A DNA stretch of 64,000 nucleotides, taken from the NCBI GenBank assembly GCA_963668175.1, contig OY764159.1:1760001-1824000 (forward strand). The letters are read 5' to 3'. A program made the translations under genes and the position numbers. Of this stretch, positions 9,820 through 19,159 are shown piece by piece (within the stretch, counting starts at the first letter, position 1; each line of letters starts with the position of its first letter). The notes beneath the pieces are model-generated. The model worked only from the letters and a program-made list of their open reading frames with translations, was not told the DNA's origin and searched no databases. Origin of the DNA: Syntrophales bacterium. Lineage in GTDB: Bacteria; Desulfobacterota; Syntrophia; Syntrophales; PHBD01.

Positions 9820-10764
9820 ATGAAAGTATCCAAGGTCATGACGGCCAAGGAAGCGGTTTCCAGGTTTATCGATGACGGAATGACGGTGGCGATCGGCAGT
9901 TTCTTCCACACGATTGCTTATGACGTCACCCACGAAATCATCCGCCAGGGAAAGAAGCACCTCACCATTTGCGCGCCGAGTTTCAACGATCATGCCGATC
10001 AATTGATCGGGGCGGGATGCGTCGACCGGATCGAATCGTCCTACGTCTGGATGGAGGTATTCGGGCCTCTTTACAGCTTCAGGAGGGCGATTGAACAAGG
10101 GATCCCGCACAAAGTGGAAATGGAGGACTATACCAACTTTGCCATGACGGCGCGGCTGCTCGCCGGCGCGCTCGGCCTTCCCTATGTGCCGGTTCATTCC
10201 ATGAAGGGAAGCGATATGATGCGCTGTTCTTCCTGGAAAGGAGAAAACAAGGTCAGGCTGCTTAAGGATCCGTTCGGCAGCGGAGCGGAGCACGCCCTTG
10301 TCCCCGCCCTCACGCCGGATATCGGCTATATCCATGCGCAGCGAGGCGACGACGAAGGCAACTTCCAATTATGGGGAATTATGGGAGACGCTCCTTTCAG
10401 CATGAGGGCCTGCAAGCAGGTCATTGTCTCGGTTGAAGAGGTCGTGAGCCGTGACGTAATCGGACGCGATCCGAACCGGACCGTTATTCCGGGATATAAG
10501 GTCGTTGCCGTGATCGAAGCGCCCTTCGGCTCTCATCCCAAGAACTGTCAGGGCCACTACGGCGTCGACAAGGATTTTATCTTTAAATACATCCGCGAAT
10601 CCCGGACGGAAGAGGGTTGGAAAAAATTCATGGACGAATGGGTCTTCGGTGTGGCCGACCGATCGGAATATCTGAAGAAGTATGTCGATACGTTCGGGAT
10701 GGGGAAGTTCCTTAGTTTAAAAGCGAAGGATATGAGTTCCGGCTGTGTCAATTACGGATTTTAA
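9820..10764 (+). CDS. Family I CoA-transferase subunit A (glutaconate CoA-transferase A-like)
   Basis: Motifs DQLIGAGCV, AGALGLPY, YIHAQRGDDEGN, PFGSHP; AAGGAGG RBS. Confidence 0.88.
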   Translation: MKVSKVMTAKEAVSRFIDDGMTVAIGSFFHTIAYDVTHEIIRQGKKHLTICAPSFNDHADQLIGAGCVDRIESSYVWMEVFGPLYSFRRAIEQGIPHKVEMEDYTNFAMTARLLAGALGLPYVPVHSMKGSDMMRCSSWKGENKVRLLKDPFGSGAEHALVPALTPDIGYIHAQRGDDEGNFQLWGIMGDAPFSMRACKQVIVSVEEVVSRDVIGRDPNRTVIPGYKVVAVIEAPFGSHPKNCQGHYGVDKDFIFKYIRESRTEEGWKKFMDEWVFGVADRSEYLKKYVDTFGMGKFLSLKAKDMSSGCVNYGF

Positions 10765-10775
10765 GGGGGCGGATC

Positions 10776-11555
10776 ATGACTGAAAAATATACCGATTTTA
10801 CTCTGCAGGAACTGATGGCTGTCGCAGCGGCGAGGGAAATTCAAGACGGAGAAAAAGTCATCATCGGAACGGGACTCCCGCTCTTGGCGGCGTTTCTGGC
10901 TCAGAAAACCCATGCTCCCAATATGATGGCCATATACGAATCCGGGGCCATTGATTGCAGGCCCGCCGTTACGCCCTTGTCGGTAGCGGACGCCGTGCTG
11001 GTCCCGGGGGCCGCTATGCAGGGGGGGCTTATCGAAGCCCTCGGTATTGTCCATAAAGGAGAACTCGACGTGGGATTTCTTGGCGGTGCCCAGATAGACA
11101 AATACGGCAATCTCAACACGCATGTCATCGGCGATTATTACAGCCCGAAGGTACGCTTCGCGGGAAGCGGGGGATCGAACGATATCGGCGCCGGCTGCAA
11201 AAGAACGATCGTCATGATGCTCCACCAGAAGCAGCGTTTTCCCGAAAAAGTCGATTTCGTCACGACGCCGGGCTATTTCGGCGGACCCGGTCAGCGGGAA
11301 CAAATGGGCTTTCCGGGAGGCGGCCCCAGCGTCGTCGTTTCGACGATGGGCATTCTTCGCTTTCACCGGGAAACGAAAGAAATGTACCTCGAATCGTACC
11401 ATCCCGGGGTGGCCGTCGAACAGATCAAGGCCACGACCGGATGGGACCTTATGGTTGCCGAGAACGTCAGGGAAACGGAGCGGCCTTCGCCCGACCTGAT
11501 CAGGATTCTGCGGGAAGAGATCGATCCCACGGGGGTCTTTTTGAAGAAGCAATAG
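10776..11555 (+). CDS. Family I CoA-transferase subunit B (glutaconate CoA-transferase B-like)
   Basis: Motifs GTGLP, IYESG (catalytic Glu position), FLGGAQIDKYGNLN, GSGGSND. Confidence 0.9.
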   Translation: MTEKYTDFTLQELMAVAAAREIQDGEKVIIGTGLPLLAAFLAQKTHAPNMMAIYESGAIDCRPAVTPLSVADAVLVPGAAMQGGLIEALGIVHKGELDVGFLGGAQIDKYGNLNTHVIGDYYSPKVRFAGSGGSNDIGAGCKRTIVMMLHQKQRFPEKVDFVTTPGYFGGPGQREQMGFPGGGPSVVVSTMGILRFHRETKEMYLESYHPGVAVEQIKATTGWDLMVAENVRETERPSPDLIRILREEIDPTGVFLKKQ

Positions 11556-11564
11556 GAAGGAGGA

Positions 11565-12347
11565 ATGGAATCGTTCATGGAAGAAAAGAAGGACATCATC
11601 ATTTTCACGAGAAAAGACGGCGTGGCGGTTTTGACTTTTAACCGCCCCGAGTCTTTAAACGCGTTGAACAAGAATGTCAATTTAAGGCTCATCGAGTTTC
11701 TTCTCCAGGCGGAAGCGGACCCCGATATCAGGGTCGTCGTTCTGACGGGCTCGGGAAAGGCTTTCGTTGCCGGAGGCGATATCAAGGAGATGTATGGAAA
11801 GGATGCGATGGAAGCAAGGGCTTATGCCCTTCAGGCAAAGCGGGTTACGGATACGATCTGGAACCTGGGCAAACCCGTCATCGCTGCGATTAACGGTCTG
11901 TGTCTCGGCGGAGGGTTGGAGTATGCCATGGCTTGCGACCTGAGGACCGCTTCGGAGAACGCGAAGTTCGGGCAGCCCGAAATCAATATCGGGATCATGC
12001 CGGGAAGCGCGGGGACGCAGAGGCTTCCACGCCTGATCGGCATGACGAAGGCCAAGGAGTTCTGTTTTACCGGCGTCATGTTCGACGCAAGAACGGCGTT
12101 CGATCTCGGTTTGGTCAACTATGTCTACCCCGCTGCCTCCTTCATGGAAGAGACGCTCGCGCTGGCAGGACAAATCGCTGCCAAGTCGGCACCGGCCCTC
12201 AAGCTGATCAAGTCGGCGATCAACCACGGGGCGGATGCGGACATCGAGACCGGATCGCTCTTTGAAATCGACTGCTTCGGCCTTTGCTTCTCGACGCAGG
12301 AGCAGAAAGACAGCATGAGGGCCTTTGTGGAAAAGAGCGGAAAATAA
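11565..12347 (+). CDS. Enoyl-CoA hydratase (crotonase)
   Basis: Motifs AFVAGGDI, GGGLE, FGQPEINIGIMPG with both catalytic Glu positions. Confidence 0.94.
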   Translation: MESFMEEKKDIIIFTRKDGVAVLTFNRPESLNALNKNVNLRLIEFLLQAEADPDIRVVVLTGSGKAFVAGGDIKEMYGKDAMEARAYALQAKRVTDTIWNLGKPVIAAINGLCLGGGLEYAMACDLRTASENAKFGQPEINIGIMPGSAGTQRLPRLIGMTKAKEFCFTGVMFDARTAFDLGLVNYVYPAASFMEETLALAGQIAAKSAPALKLIKSAINHGADADIETGSLFEIDCFGLCFSTQEQKDSMRAFVEKSGK

Positions 12348-12371
12348 GGCGGAGAAAGGAGAAAAAGAGCA

Positions 12372-13229
12372 ATGTCGGAAAAGATAACCGTGATCGGTGC
12401 GGGCACCATGGGTGCCGGAATTGCGCAGATCGCGATGGAAGCTGGATTTGAAGTCGCCCTGGTCGATACGGAGCAGAAATTCGTCGACCGGGGCGTGGAG
12501 GGCATCGGAAAGTTTCTGGAACGCAAAATCGCCAAAGGGACGTACACGCCGGAACAGGGCAAAGCTATAGAAGGACGGCTGACGGGTACGACGGACATGA
12601 AGACGGGCGTCGAAGATGCCGCCATGGTTGTCGAGGCGGTTTTCGAGAATATCGATCTCAAAAAGAAGATCTTCCAAACGCTCGATGCCTTGTGTCCGGA
12701 AGAAACGATCCTTGCCAGCAACACCTCGACCCTGAGCATATCGCTCATTTCATCGGCGACCAGCAAACCGTCCCGCGTCATCGGGACCCATTATTTCAGC
12801 CCGGTGCCGCTTATGCGTCTGGTGGAAGTCATCAGGGGCGATAAAACGTCCGAGGCGGCGACGATGAAGACCGTGGAGCTCTGCAAGAGGTTCGGCAAGA
12901 CCCCCATCGTAGTCAAGGATATTCCGGGATTCATCGTCAACCGGTTCCTTTGTCTTCTCTATAACGAAGCGGCCAACATGGTCGGAAAGGGTCTGGCCAC
13001 GGCGGAAGACATCGATACCGCTCTCAAACTCGGCTGCAACTGGCCCATGGGCGTCGCCGAGATCATGGACATGGCCGGCGTGGACGTGGTCCTTTACGCC
13101 ATGCGCGCGATGTATTCCATGACGGGGGAAGAGCGTTACAAACCTTCACCCCTTCTGGAGGCGATGGTGGCGGAAAACAGACTGGGAAGGAAGACGGGCA
13201 AGGGATTTTACACAGGAGGGAAGTCATGA
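12372..13229 (+). CDS. 3-hydroxyacyl(butyryl)-CoA dehydrogenase
   Basis: Motifs GAGTMGAG, EAVFE, ASNTS, THYFSPVP, PGFIVNR. Confidence 0.94.
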   Translation: MSEKITVIGAGTMGAGIAQIAMEAGFEVALVDTEQKFVDRGVEGIGKFLERKIAKGTYTPEQGKAIEGRLTGTTDMKTGVEDAAMVVEAVFENIDLKKKIFQTLDALCPEETILASNTSTLSISLISSATSKPSRVIGTHYFSPVPLMRLVEVIRGDKTSEAATMKTVELCKRFGKTPIVVKDIPGFIVNRFLCLLYNEAANMVGKGLATAEDIDTALKLGCNWPMGVAEIMDMAGVDVVLYAMRAMYSMTGEERYKPSPLLEAMVAENRLGRKTGKGFYTGGKS

Positions 13230-14446
13230 AGAAGAATGATGTTGTCATCGTAAGCGCCGTCCGGACGCCCTTCGGGCGATACGACGGCGTTCTGAAAAAT
13301 GTTTTAAGCATGGATCTCGGTGTCCTGGCGGTGAAGGAAGTCATCGCGAAGATCGGTCTCGACGCGTCGCAGGTGGACGAACTCTATTACGGCACATGCA
13401 TTCCGGCGGAATACGCCATATACACAAACGTGCCGGCGCGGCAGATCACGCTGCTTGCGGGGTTTCCGGAAAAGAACATTTCCCTCACGATCGACCGGGC
13501 GTGCTGCTCCTCGATGACGGCGCTCCGCCTGGGCTGCCGCGCCATCAAGTCCGGCGATGCCGAGGTTGTGATTGCAGCCGGAGCGGAGAATATGGGCAAT
13601 ACGCCGCTTATCGCAGGCGCCGCGAAGGCCCGCTGGGGAGCGCGCCTGGGACCGATCGAACTGGAGGACGTGCTTTTTGAGCTGGGATACGGACGTAAAG
13701 GCTTTGCGCCCGTCGCGACCGACGCGGGCTTCGTGGCCGAGGAATTCGGCGTGACCAGACAGATGCAGGACGAATGGGCACTGCAAAGCCATGAGCGGTA
13801 CAACCAAGCCTTCAAGGATGGGAAGTTCAAAGTGGGCGAAGAGCTGATGCGGATCGATATCCCCCAGAAAAAAGCCCCCGTCGTACTCGAACGTGACGAA
13901 TCGCCCCGGGAGAACCTCAGCATGGATAAGCTGGCGGCCCTGAAGACCGTTTACGGCAGCCCCACGGTCACCGCCGGCAATGCGCCGGGGCTGAACTCCG
14001 GAGCGTCGGCCATGGTCCTGATGAGCCGGGAAAAAGCGGAGTCCCTGAATCTCAAGCCTATGGCTGAAATCGTTGCCTGCGAAAGCGGGGCAGGGACCCC
14101 GAAGTATATGGCGTGCGTTCCCGCCGAAACCATTGAGAAGATGTTCGCAAAATCGAATAGGACCATTGACGATGTCGATCTCGTTGAAATCAACGAAGCC
14201 TTTGCGGCCGTGACCCTGGTTTCGCTCAAGATGCTTGCCGGCGGCGATCCGAAGAAACTCGATGAGCTGAAAGACAAGACCAATGTCAACGGCGGGGCGA
14301 TCGCCATCGGTCATCCGGTCGGTGCGAGCGGCGCCAGGATCACCATGACCATGATGTACGAACTCATGAGGCGGGGCGGAGGCACGGGCGTGGCCGCCAT
14401 CTGCGGAGGACTGTCACAGGGCGAAGCGCTCATGCTCAGGGTATAA
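13226..14446 (+). CDS. Thiolase
   Basis: Motifs SAVRTPFG, RACCSS, NEAF, GHPVGASG, ICGG; ATGA overlap with the upstream gene. Confidence 0.93.
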   Translation: MKKNDVVIVSAVRTPFGRYDGVLKNVLSMDLGVLAVKEVIAKIGLDASQVDELYYGTCIPAEYAIYTNVPARQITLLAGFPEKNISLTIDRACCSSMTALRLGCRAIKSGDAEVVIAAGAENMGNTPLIAGAAKARWGARLGPIELEDVLFELGYGRKGFAPVATDAGFVAEEFGVTRQMQDEWALQSHERYNQAFKDGKFKVGEELMRIDIPQKKAPVVLERDESPRENLSMDKLAALKTVYGSPTVTAGNAPGLNSGASAMVLMSREKAESLNLKPMAEIVACESGAGTPKYMACVPAETIEKMFAKSNRTIDDVDLVEINEAFAAVTLVSLKMLAGGDPKKLDELKDKTNVNGGAIAIGHPVGASGARITMTMMYELMRRGGGTGVAAICGGLSQGEALMLRV

Positions 14447-14458
14447 TCATTAAAGGAG

Positions 14459-15613
14459 ATGAAGAAGATGGATTTCAGATTGACGGAAGATCAGATCATG
14501 CTGAGGGACACCGTCCGACGGATCGCCTCGGAAAACTTTGCCCCGAAAGCGGCCGAAATAGACGAGAAAGAAATTTTCCCGGAAGAGAACTATAAAATAC
14601 TTGCGGAAAACGGGCTGCTCGGCATCCAGATTCCGGAAGAATACGGCGGGGCGGGAGCAGGCATGCTTTCGATGATTCTTGCGATCGAGGAGGTTGCAAA
14701 GGCTTGTGCCTCTACTTCGGTCATGATGACGACGCAAGCCCTCGCCAGCGATCCTTTTCTTATTGCCGGAAACGAGGAACAGAAGAAAACGCTCCTGTAC
14801 CGTCTTGCCTCGGGGCAGTGCCTCGGGGCGGTGGGCATCACGGAGCCCGGCGCCGGTTCCGATGTGGCGGGAATGAAGACCATGGCAACGAAGGTGGACG
14901 GCGGGTATGTCCTGAACGGAGCGAAGATATTCATCACGGACGGCGGCGTTTCCGAACTGGCTACGATCCTCTGCTACACGGATAAAGCCAGGAGTAACAG
15001 AGGAATCAGCATGTTGGTCGTCGAAAAGGGAGCCAAGGGCTTCACGGTCGGAAAGAAGGAGCACAAGATGGGGATTCGCGGCTCCGACACGCGGGAACTC
15101 ATCCTGGATGACGTATTCGTTCCGGATTCGCACCTCCTGGGGCCTGAGGGCACAGGGTTCAAGACGCTGATGACAACATTCAATTACACGAGGCCCGGCG
15201 TCGCCGCCCAGGCGCTCGGCATCGCCCAGGGCGCTTTCGATGCCGCGGTCCATTATGCGAAAGAGAGGGTTCAGTTCGGAAGAAGTCTGGCATCGTTTCA
15301 GGGGCTGCAATGGATGATATCCGAAATGGCGCTTCAGATAGAGTTGGCAAGAACCATCACCTATAGGGCTGCGTCGCTCATAGACAATGATCCGGATTCG
15401 CCGGATATCCCCCGGCTGGCGTCCATGGCGAAATGGCACGCCTCGGATACCGCCATGAAAGTCACAACGGATGCCGTTCAGATATTCGGCGGCTATGGAT
15501 ACATCAGGGAGTATCCCGTGGAAAGAATGATGCGCGATGCGAAGATCACGCAAATCTATGAAGGAACGAACCAGATTCAGCGGATGATCATCGCGGGGCA
15601 GATCCTGAAATGA
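14459..15613 (+). CDS. Acyl-CoA dehydrogenase
   Basis: Motifs ITEPGAGSD, QIFGGYGY, IYEGTNQIQR. Alternative start at 14468. Confidence 0.95.
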   Translation: MKKMDFRLTEDQIMLRDTVRRIASENFAPKAAEIDEKEIFPEENYKILAENGLLGIQIPEEYGGAGAGMLSMILAIEEVAKACASTSVMMTTQALASDPFLIAGNEEQKKTLLYRLASGQCLGAVGITEPGAGSDVAGMKTMATKVDGGYVLNGAKIFITDGGVSELATILCYTDKARSNRGISMLVVEKGAKGFTVGKKEHKMGIRGSDTRELILDDVFVPDSHLLGPEGTGFKTLMTTFNYTRPGVAAQALGIAQGAFDAAVHYAKERVQFGRSLASFQGLQWMISEMALQIELARTITYRAASLIDNDPDSPDIPRLASMAKWHASDTAMKVTTDAVQIFGGYGYIREYPVERMMRDAKITQIYEGTNQIQRMIIAGQILK

Positions 15614-15713
15614 CGGATTGAAGAAGCGAAAGGAAGGGGGTGATGCCCGGAAGCAGCAGACGACAGATAGTTTCAGATGTTCGCAAACAAATAAAGAGAG
15701 GGGATATGCAACT

Positions 15714-17030
15714 ATGTCAAATCAAGCTATTGCGACACAGTCTATATCGGTAGCCAAACCTGAAAGCGGCACCAGGTGGTTTGTCGTTTTCTGGCTCGCC
15801 ATGGGGACGATGATCAATTACATCGACCGCGTGAATTTCGGTGTCGCGACACCGACGTTGATGAAGGAGTTCAATCTCGGTACGGCAGAGATGGGCATTC
15901 TGATGTCGGCCTTCTTCTGGTCCTATACGCTGATGATGCTCCCTTCAGGGTATTTTCTCAATAAGATCGGGCCGAAGAAGGTTCTCGGTATTGCGGGCAT
16001 TGCCTGGGGCGCCGTAACGATGCTGGTCGCTGCCTGTTCGGGATTCGCTTCATTCCTTGCCCTTCGCATCGGCATAGGCGTTACCGAAGCGCCGGCCTTC
16101 CCGGCCAATGCACGGGTTGTCTCCGTGTGGGTTCCGAAACGGGAAAGGACGTTCGCCTCGGCCATATTCGACTGCTCGGCCAGAGCCGGGAGCGCGTTTG
16201 CTCCGCCAATGGTTGCCTTCATTATTGCCGCCTGGGGCTGGAAGATGTCCTTTGTCCTGACCGGCGCCCTGGCCGTGGTGTGGGGCTTCCTATGGTTCCT
16301 CTGGTATCATGAGCCGTCGGACCATCCGAAGATCACGGCGTCCGAATTGGCCTATATCCGCCAGGACGAGGTCGTTCACAGCGACGGCACGGTCCAGAGC
16401 CATCCCATACCCATGACCCGATTGGTGACGTATCCGGTTATTTTAAAGGCAACGCTCGGTTATGCTCTATATCTTTATGTATGGACGGTCTTTCTCTACT
16501 GGATTCCCACCTATCTGATGAAGGTAAGGGGGCTGTCGCTGAAGGAGATGGGGATAGCGGCCTCTATTCCGTACATTGTGGCCGTCTTCGGGGAGCTCCT
16601 GGGCGGTAAAGTATTCGATAAATGGTACGACAGGGGTGCAACCACCACCGCATTGAGGCGAACAGGAATGGGAATCGGTATGTTCGGCGCGGCTGTCTTC
16701 ATCTGGATGTGCATGCAGGCGACGACGCCGTTCTGGGCGATTTTCTGGCTGAGCGCCTTTGCGGGAATCTTCGCCTTCGGCGCCTCCAATGTCTGGGCCA
16801 TTCCGAGCGACATCGCCCCTTACGGCCAGGCGGGCGGCGTGGGCGGCGTCTATAATTTCGTCGGCAATTTCGGCGCCCTTTTTGCCCCGATCGTTACCGG
16901 GTATCTCGCGGCATCCGCTTACGGATTCAACGGTGCTTTCGCGATTTGCGTGGTTTTCTCCATCGTCGGCGGCTTGCTCTTTGTGTTCAACTCATACGAG
17001 AGACTGAAACCGAAAACTCAGGACCTTTAA
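15714..17030 (+). CDS. MFS transporter, paralog of 3154-4455
   Basis: NYIDRVNFGVATP, SELAYIRQDEVV and IPSDIAPYGQAGGV shared with the first MFS. Start ATG 15714. Confidence 0.92.
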   Translation: MSNQAIATQSISVAKPESGTRWFVVFWLAMGTMINYIDRVNFGVATPTLMKEFNLGTAEMGILMSAFFWSYTLMMLPSGYFLNKIGPKKVLGIAGIAWGAVTMLVAACSGFASFLALRIGIGVTEAPAFPANARVVSVWVPKRERTFASAIFDCSARAGSAFAPPMVAFIIAAWGWKMSFVLTGALAVVWGFLWFLWYHEPSDHPKITASELAYIRQDEVVHSDGTVQSHPIPMTRLVTYPVILKATLGYALYLYVWTVFLYWIPTYLMKVRGLSLKEMGIAASIPYIVAVFGELLGGKVFDKWYDRGATTTALRRTGMGIGMFGAAVFIWMCMQATTPFWAIFWLSAFAGIFAFGASNVWAIPSDIAPYGQAGGVGGVYNFVGNFGALFAPIVTGYLAASAYGFNGAFAICVVFSIVGGLLFVFNSYERLKPKTQDL

Positions 17031-17515
17031 GATGCCATATCGAACGCCAAATCTGAAATAAGAACCTGCCTCCTCCTCATGCAGGAGGTCAAGTTGTTCC
17101 ACCACAGCAGCTCTGACCTCCTGCACGACGGAAGGAACGAAACCCGAAACTTAAACGGGGTTGTATCTGACTACAGTGATGCGGAATGTCGGCACGCTAA
17201 TGGGGTATGGCATGGCTTGTTGATTGTCGTTTGTAATGTTCACTGCCGACTTGGATTATTGTCCAATTGGCTACAGGAAAACATCTTGATCCGCAATCTT
17301 CCTTCCTTACACCTGTTTTCAGAAATGCATCATCCGGAATCGATTAAGATGAGATCGCTTTCTATGGTCATTAGAAGCACACGGGTGACTGGAAAACGCT
17401 CAGGGCTGAAAGGACCGCTTTCTTCTCCAAGAACGAACCGGCGTCCCAAAACGGGTCCGGTTTTGAATCAAGCCTTGGGGAGAGGGTCGTTTCCATGATC
17501 TGTTCTCCGGTGGCA

Positions 17516-17662
17516 CGTGGTCATTTTATGTCGTCAAACCTGTCTTCATACCAACAGATGAAAATAGCGCACATTTCTCTTGACCAGCAGGTTGTCGGTT
17601 CGATCCCGGCAGGGCTTACCGAATATCAAGGGGTTGCGAAATTCGTAACCCCTTCTTTTTTT
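17516..17662 (+). repeat. att-like site 2 (degenerate tRNA-Lys 3' half at 17576-17621)
   Basis: Core matches site 1 at 40/46 nt by manual count. Same AAATAGCGCACATT arm at identical spacing and same downstream hairpin. Confidence 0.9.
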
Positions 17663-17962
17663 AATATAGTAACCATATCATATCGTGCCGAATCCCTAAG
17701 CAGCATACGTCGCAGGTATCGTTCTGCCGACACCGATTGTGCCGATAGACAGGAATCCTTCCCCAATATCATCTAGAGCCGTCTGAATTGGCTGAGAATG
17801 GGAAAGAAGGGATTTTGACCTGATTGTCAAAATGATTTCTATTTTCATCTCAAACTGAACCTTCGAAAAAAGATAGATCTCGTCAGATGGCCAGCGGTGA
17901 CTTGGATATAACCATCTTATCCTCATCAAAGGTATCCATACTGCCTTGTGTCGAATAATTTA

Positions 17963-17998
17963 TGTTCCGAATCAGGACGAGTGTTCGGGATCGGAACA
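17963..17998. promoter_or_regulatory. Probable upstream activator sites for the AcoR-like protein
   Basis: Two adjacent 17-bp imperfect palindromes TGTTCCGAATCAGGACG and TGTTCGGGATCGGAACA about 100 bp upstream of a sigma54 promoter. Confidence 0.65.
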
Positions 17999-18099
17999 TC
18001 TGAAAAACCGATGCTTTTCCGGAAGACACAAGGCACGAATCAAAAAAATCACAATCATAATAATGGACTGCAGCCGGTCAAGCCGCCGGCCGTCGATGA

Positions 18100-18115
18100 C
18101 GGCATGCAAATTGCC
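18100..18115 (+). promoter_or_regulatory. sigma54 -24/-12 promoter
   Basis: CGGCATGCAAATTGCC = GG-N10-GC, 58 bp before the E1-alpha start. Confidence 0.8.
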
Positions 18116-18172
18116 ATTGCTTGGATACACGCAAGATCATCACGACCGGATCGAAGACACAAGGAGGCATCC

Positions 18173-19156
18173 GTGAAAACCTATGACCGCAACTTACTGG
18201 TTCTTCTTTATACGAAAATGATCGGCATCCGACTGTTTGAAGAGAAAGTGGGGGAATTGTTTTTGGCGGGCGACCTTCCCGGGTTCGTTCATCTCTATAT
18301 CGGCGAGGAGGCCGTGGCCGTGGGGATTTGTGCGAACCTGGATGACGACGATTATATCACCAGCACCCATCGCGGGCATGGCCATTGTATCGCGAAGGGC
18401 GCTGACCCGGCACAAATGATGGCGGAAATTTTCGGCAAGAAAACGGGTTATTGCCGGGGTAAGGGCGGTTCGATGCACATTGCCGATTTCAAAATCGGCA
18501 TGCTCGGCGCCAACGGCGTCGTGGGCGGCGGGTTCAATATCGCCGTGGGGGCGGCCCTGGCGGCGAAAATGCGAAAGTCGCGGCAGGTATCGGTCTGCTT
18601 CTTCGGCGACGGCGCTTCCAACAGGGGCACTTTTCACGAAAGTATGAACATGGCGGCCGTCTGGGAATTGCCGGTCGTTTTTGTGTGCGAAAACAACCAA
18701 TGGGCTTCGACGACGCCCTATCGCTCGACGACATCGGTCGAGGATATCGCCTGCAGGGCCGCGGCCTACGGCATACCGGGCGTCGTCGTGGAGAAGGGCA
18801 ACGACGTATTCAAGGTCTACGAAGCGGCCAGAGACGTCGTAGAGCGGGTCCGTCGGGGAGAAGGCCCCATCCTGATGGAAGTGAAGACATATCGGATCAA
18901 GGGCCACTTTGTCGGCGATCCGGAACTATACCGCGACAAGAAGGAAGTGGAGGAGATCTTCCGGTCGGACGATCCCGTCCGCAATTTTACGGAAACGGTA
19001 TTGAAGAATGGCTGGCTCAAACAGAAAGAACTCGACGCGATCCAGGCCGAAACAATGCAGATTCTGGAACAGGCGATTGAAAACGCCCGACGGGACCCTT
19101 ATCCGGAAGATCATGAGCTTTATGCCGGCCTCTATGTAGAAAGCGAGGTTAACTGA
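18173..19156 (+). CDS. acoA: TPP-dependent dehydrogenase E1 alpha (acetoin dehydrogenase AcoA-like)
   Basis: Motifs GFVHLYIGEEA, THRGHGH, GDGA...NN (TPP), YRIKGHFVGD. AAGGAGG RBS before GTG 18173. Confidence 0.85.
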   Translation: MKTYDRNLLVLLYTKMIGIRLFEEKVGELFLAGDLPGFVHLYIGEEAVAVGICANLDDDDYITSTHRGHGHCIAKGADPAQMMAEIFGKKTGYCRGKGGSMHIADFKIGMLGANGVVGGGFNIAVGAALAAKMRKSRQVSVCFFGDGASNRGTFHESMNMAAVWELPVVFVCENNQWASTTPYRSTTSVEDIACRAAAYGIPGVVVEKGNDVFKVYEAARDVVERVRRGEGPILMEVKTYRIKGHFVGDPELYRDKKEVEEIFRSDDPVRNFTETVLKNGWLKQKELDAIQAETMQILEQAIENARRDPYPEDHELYAGLYVESEVN

Positions 19157-19159
19157 CTT

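Larger units (their letters stand above)
7447..17575. mobile_element. Putative att-delimited cassette A (about 10.1 kb, integrase-free)
   Basis: Bounded by direct-repeat tRNA-Lys 3' fragments; contains its own regulator, enzymes and transporter. Confidence 0.6.

Noticed and set aside
17040..17515. Possible integrase/IS remnant or 139-aa ORF beside att site 2
   Set aside because: No recombinase or transposase motif recognised and no convincing RBS. A BLASTX search could still reveal a decayed fragment.
17948..18172. N-terminal extension of E1-alpha in the ORF track (also extensions at 20034, 37099, 38788, 40733, 59421)
   Set aside because: The extensions overlap promoters or neighbouring genes; downstream starts match family N-termini and mostly have clear RBS.
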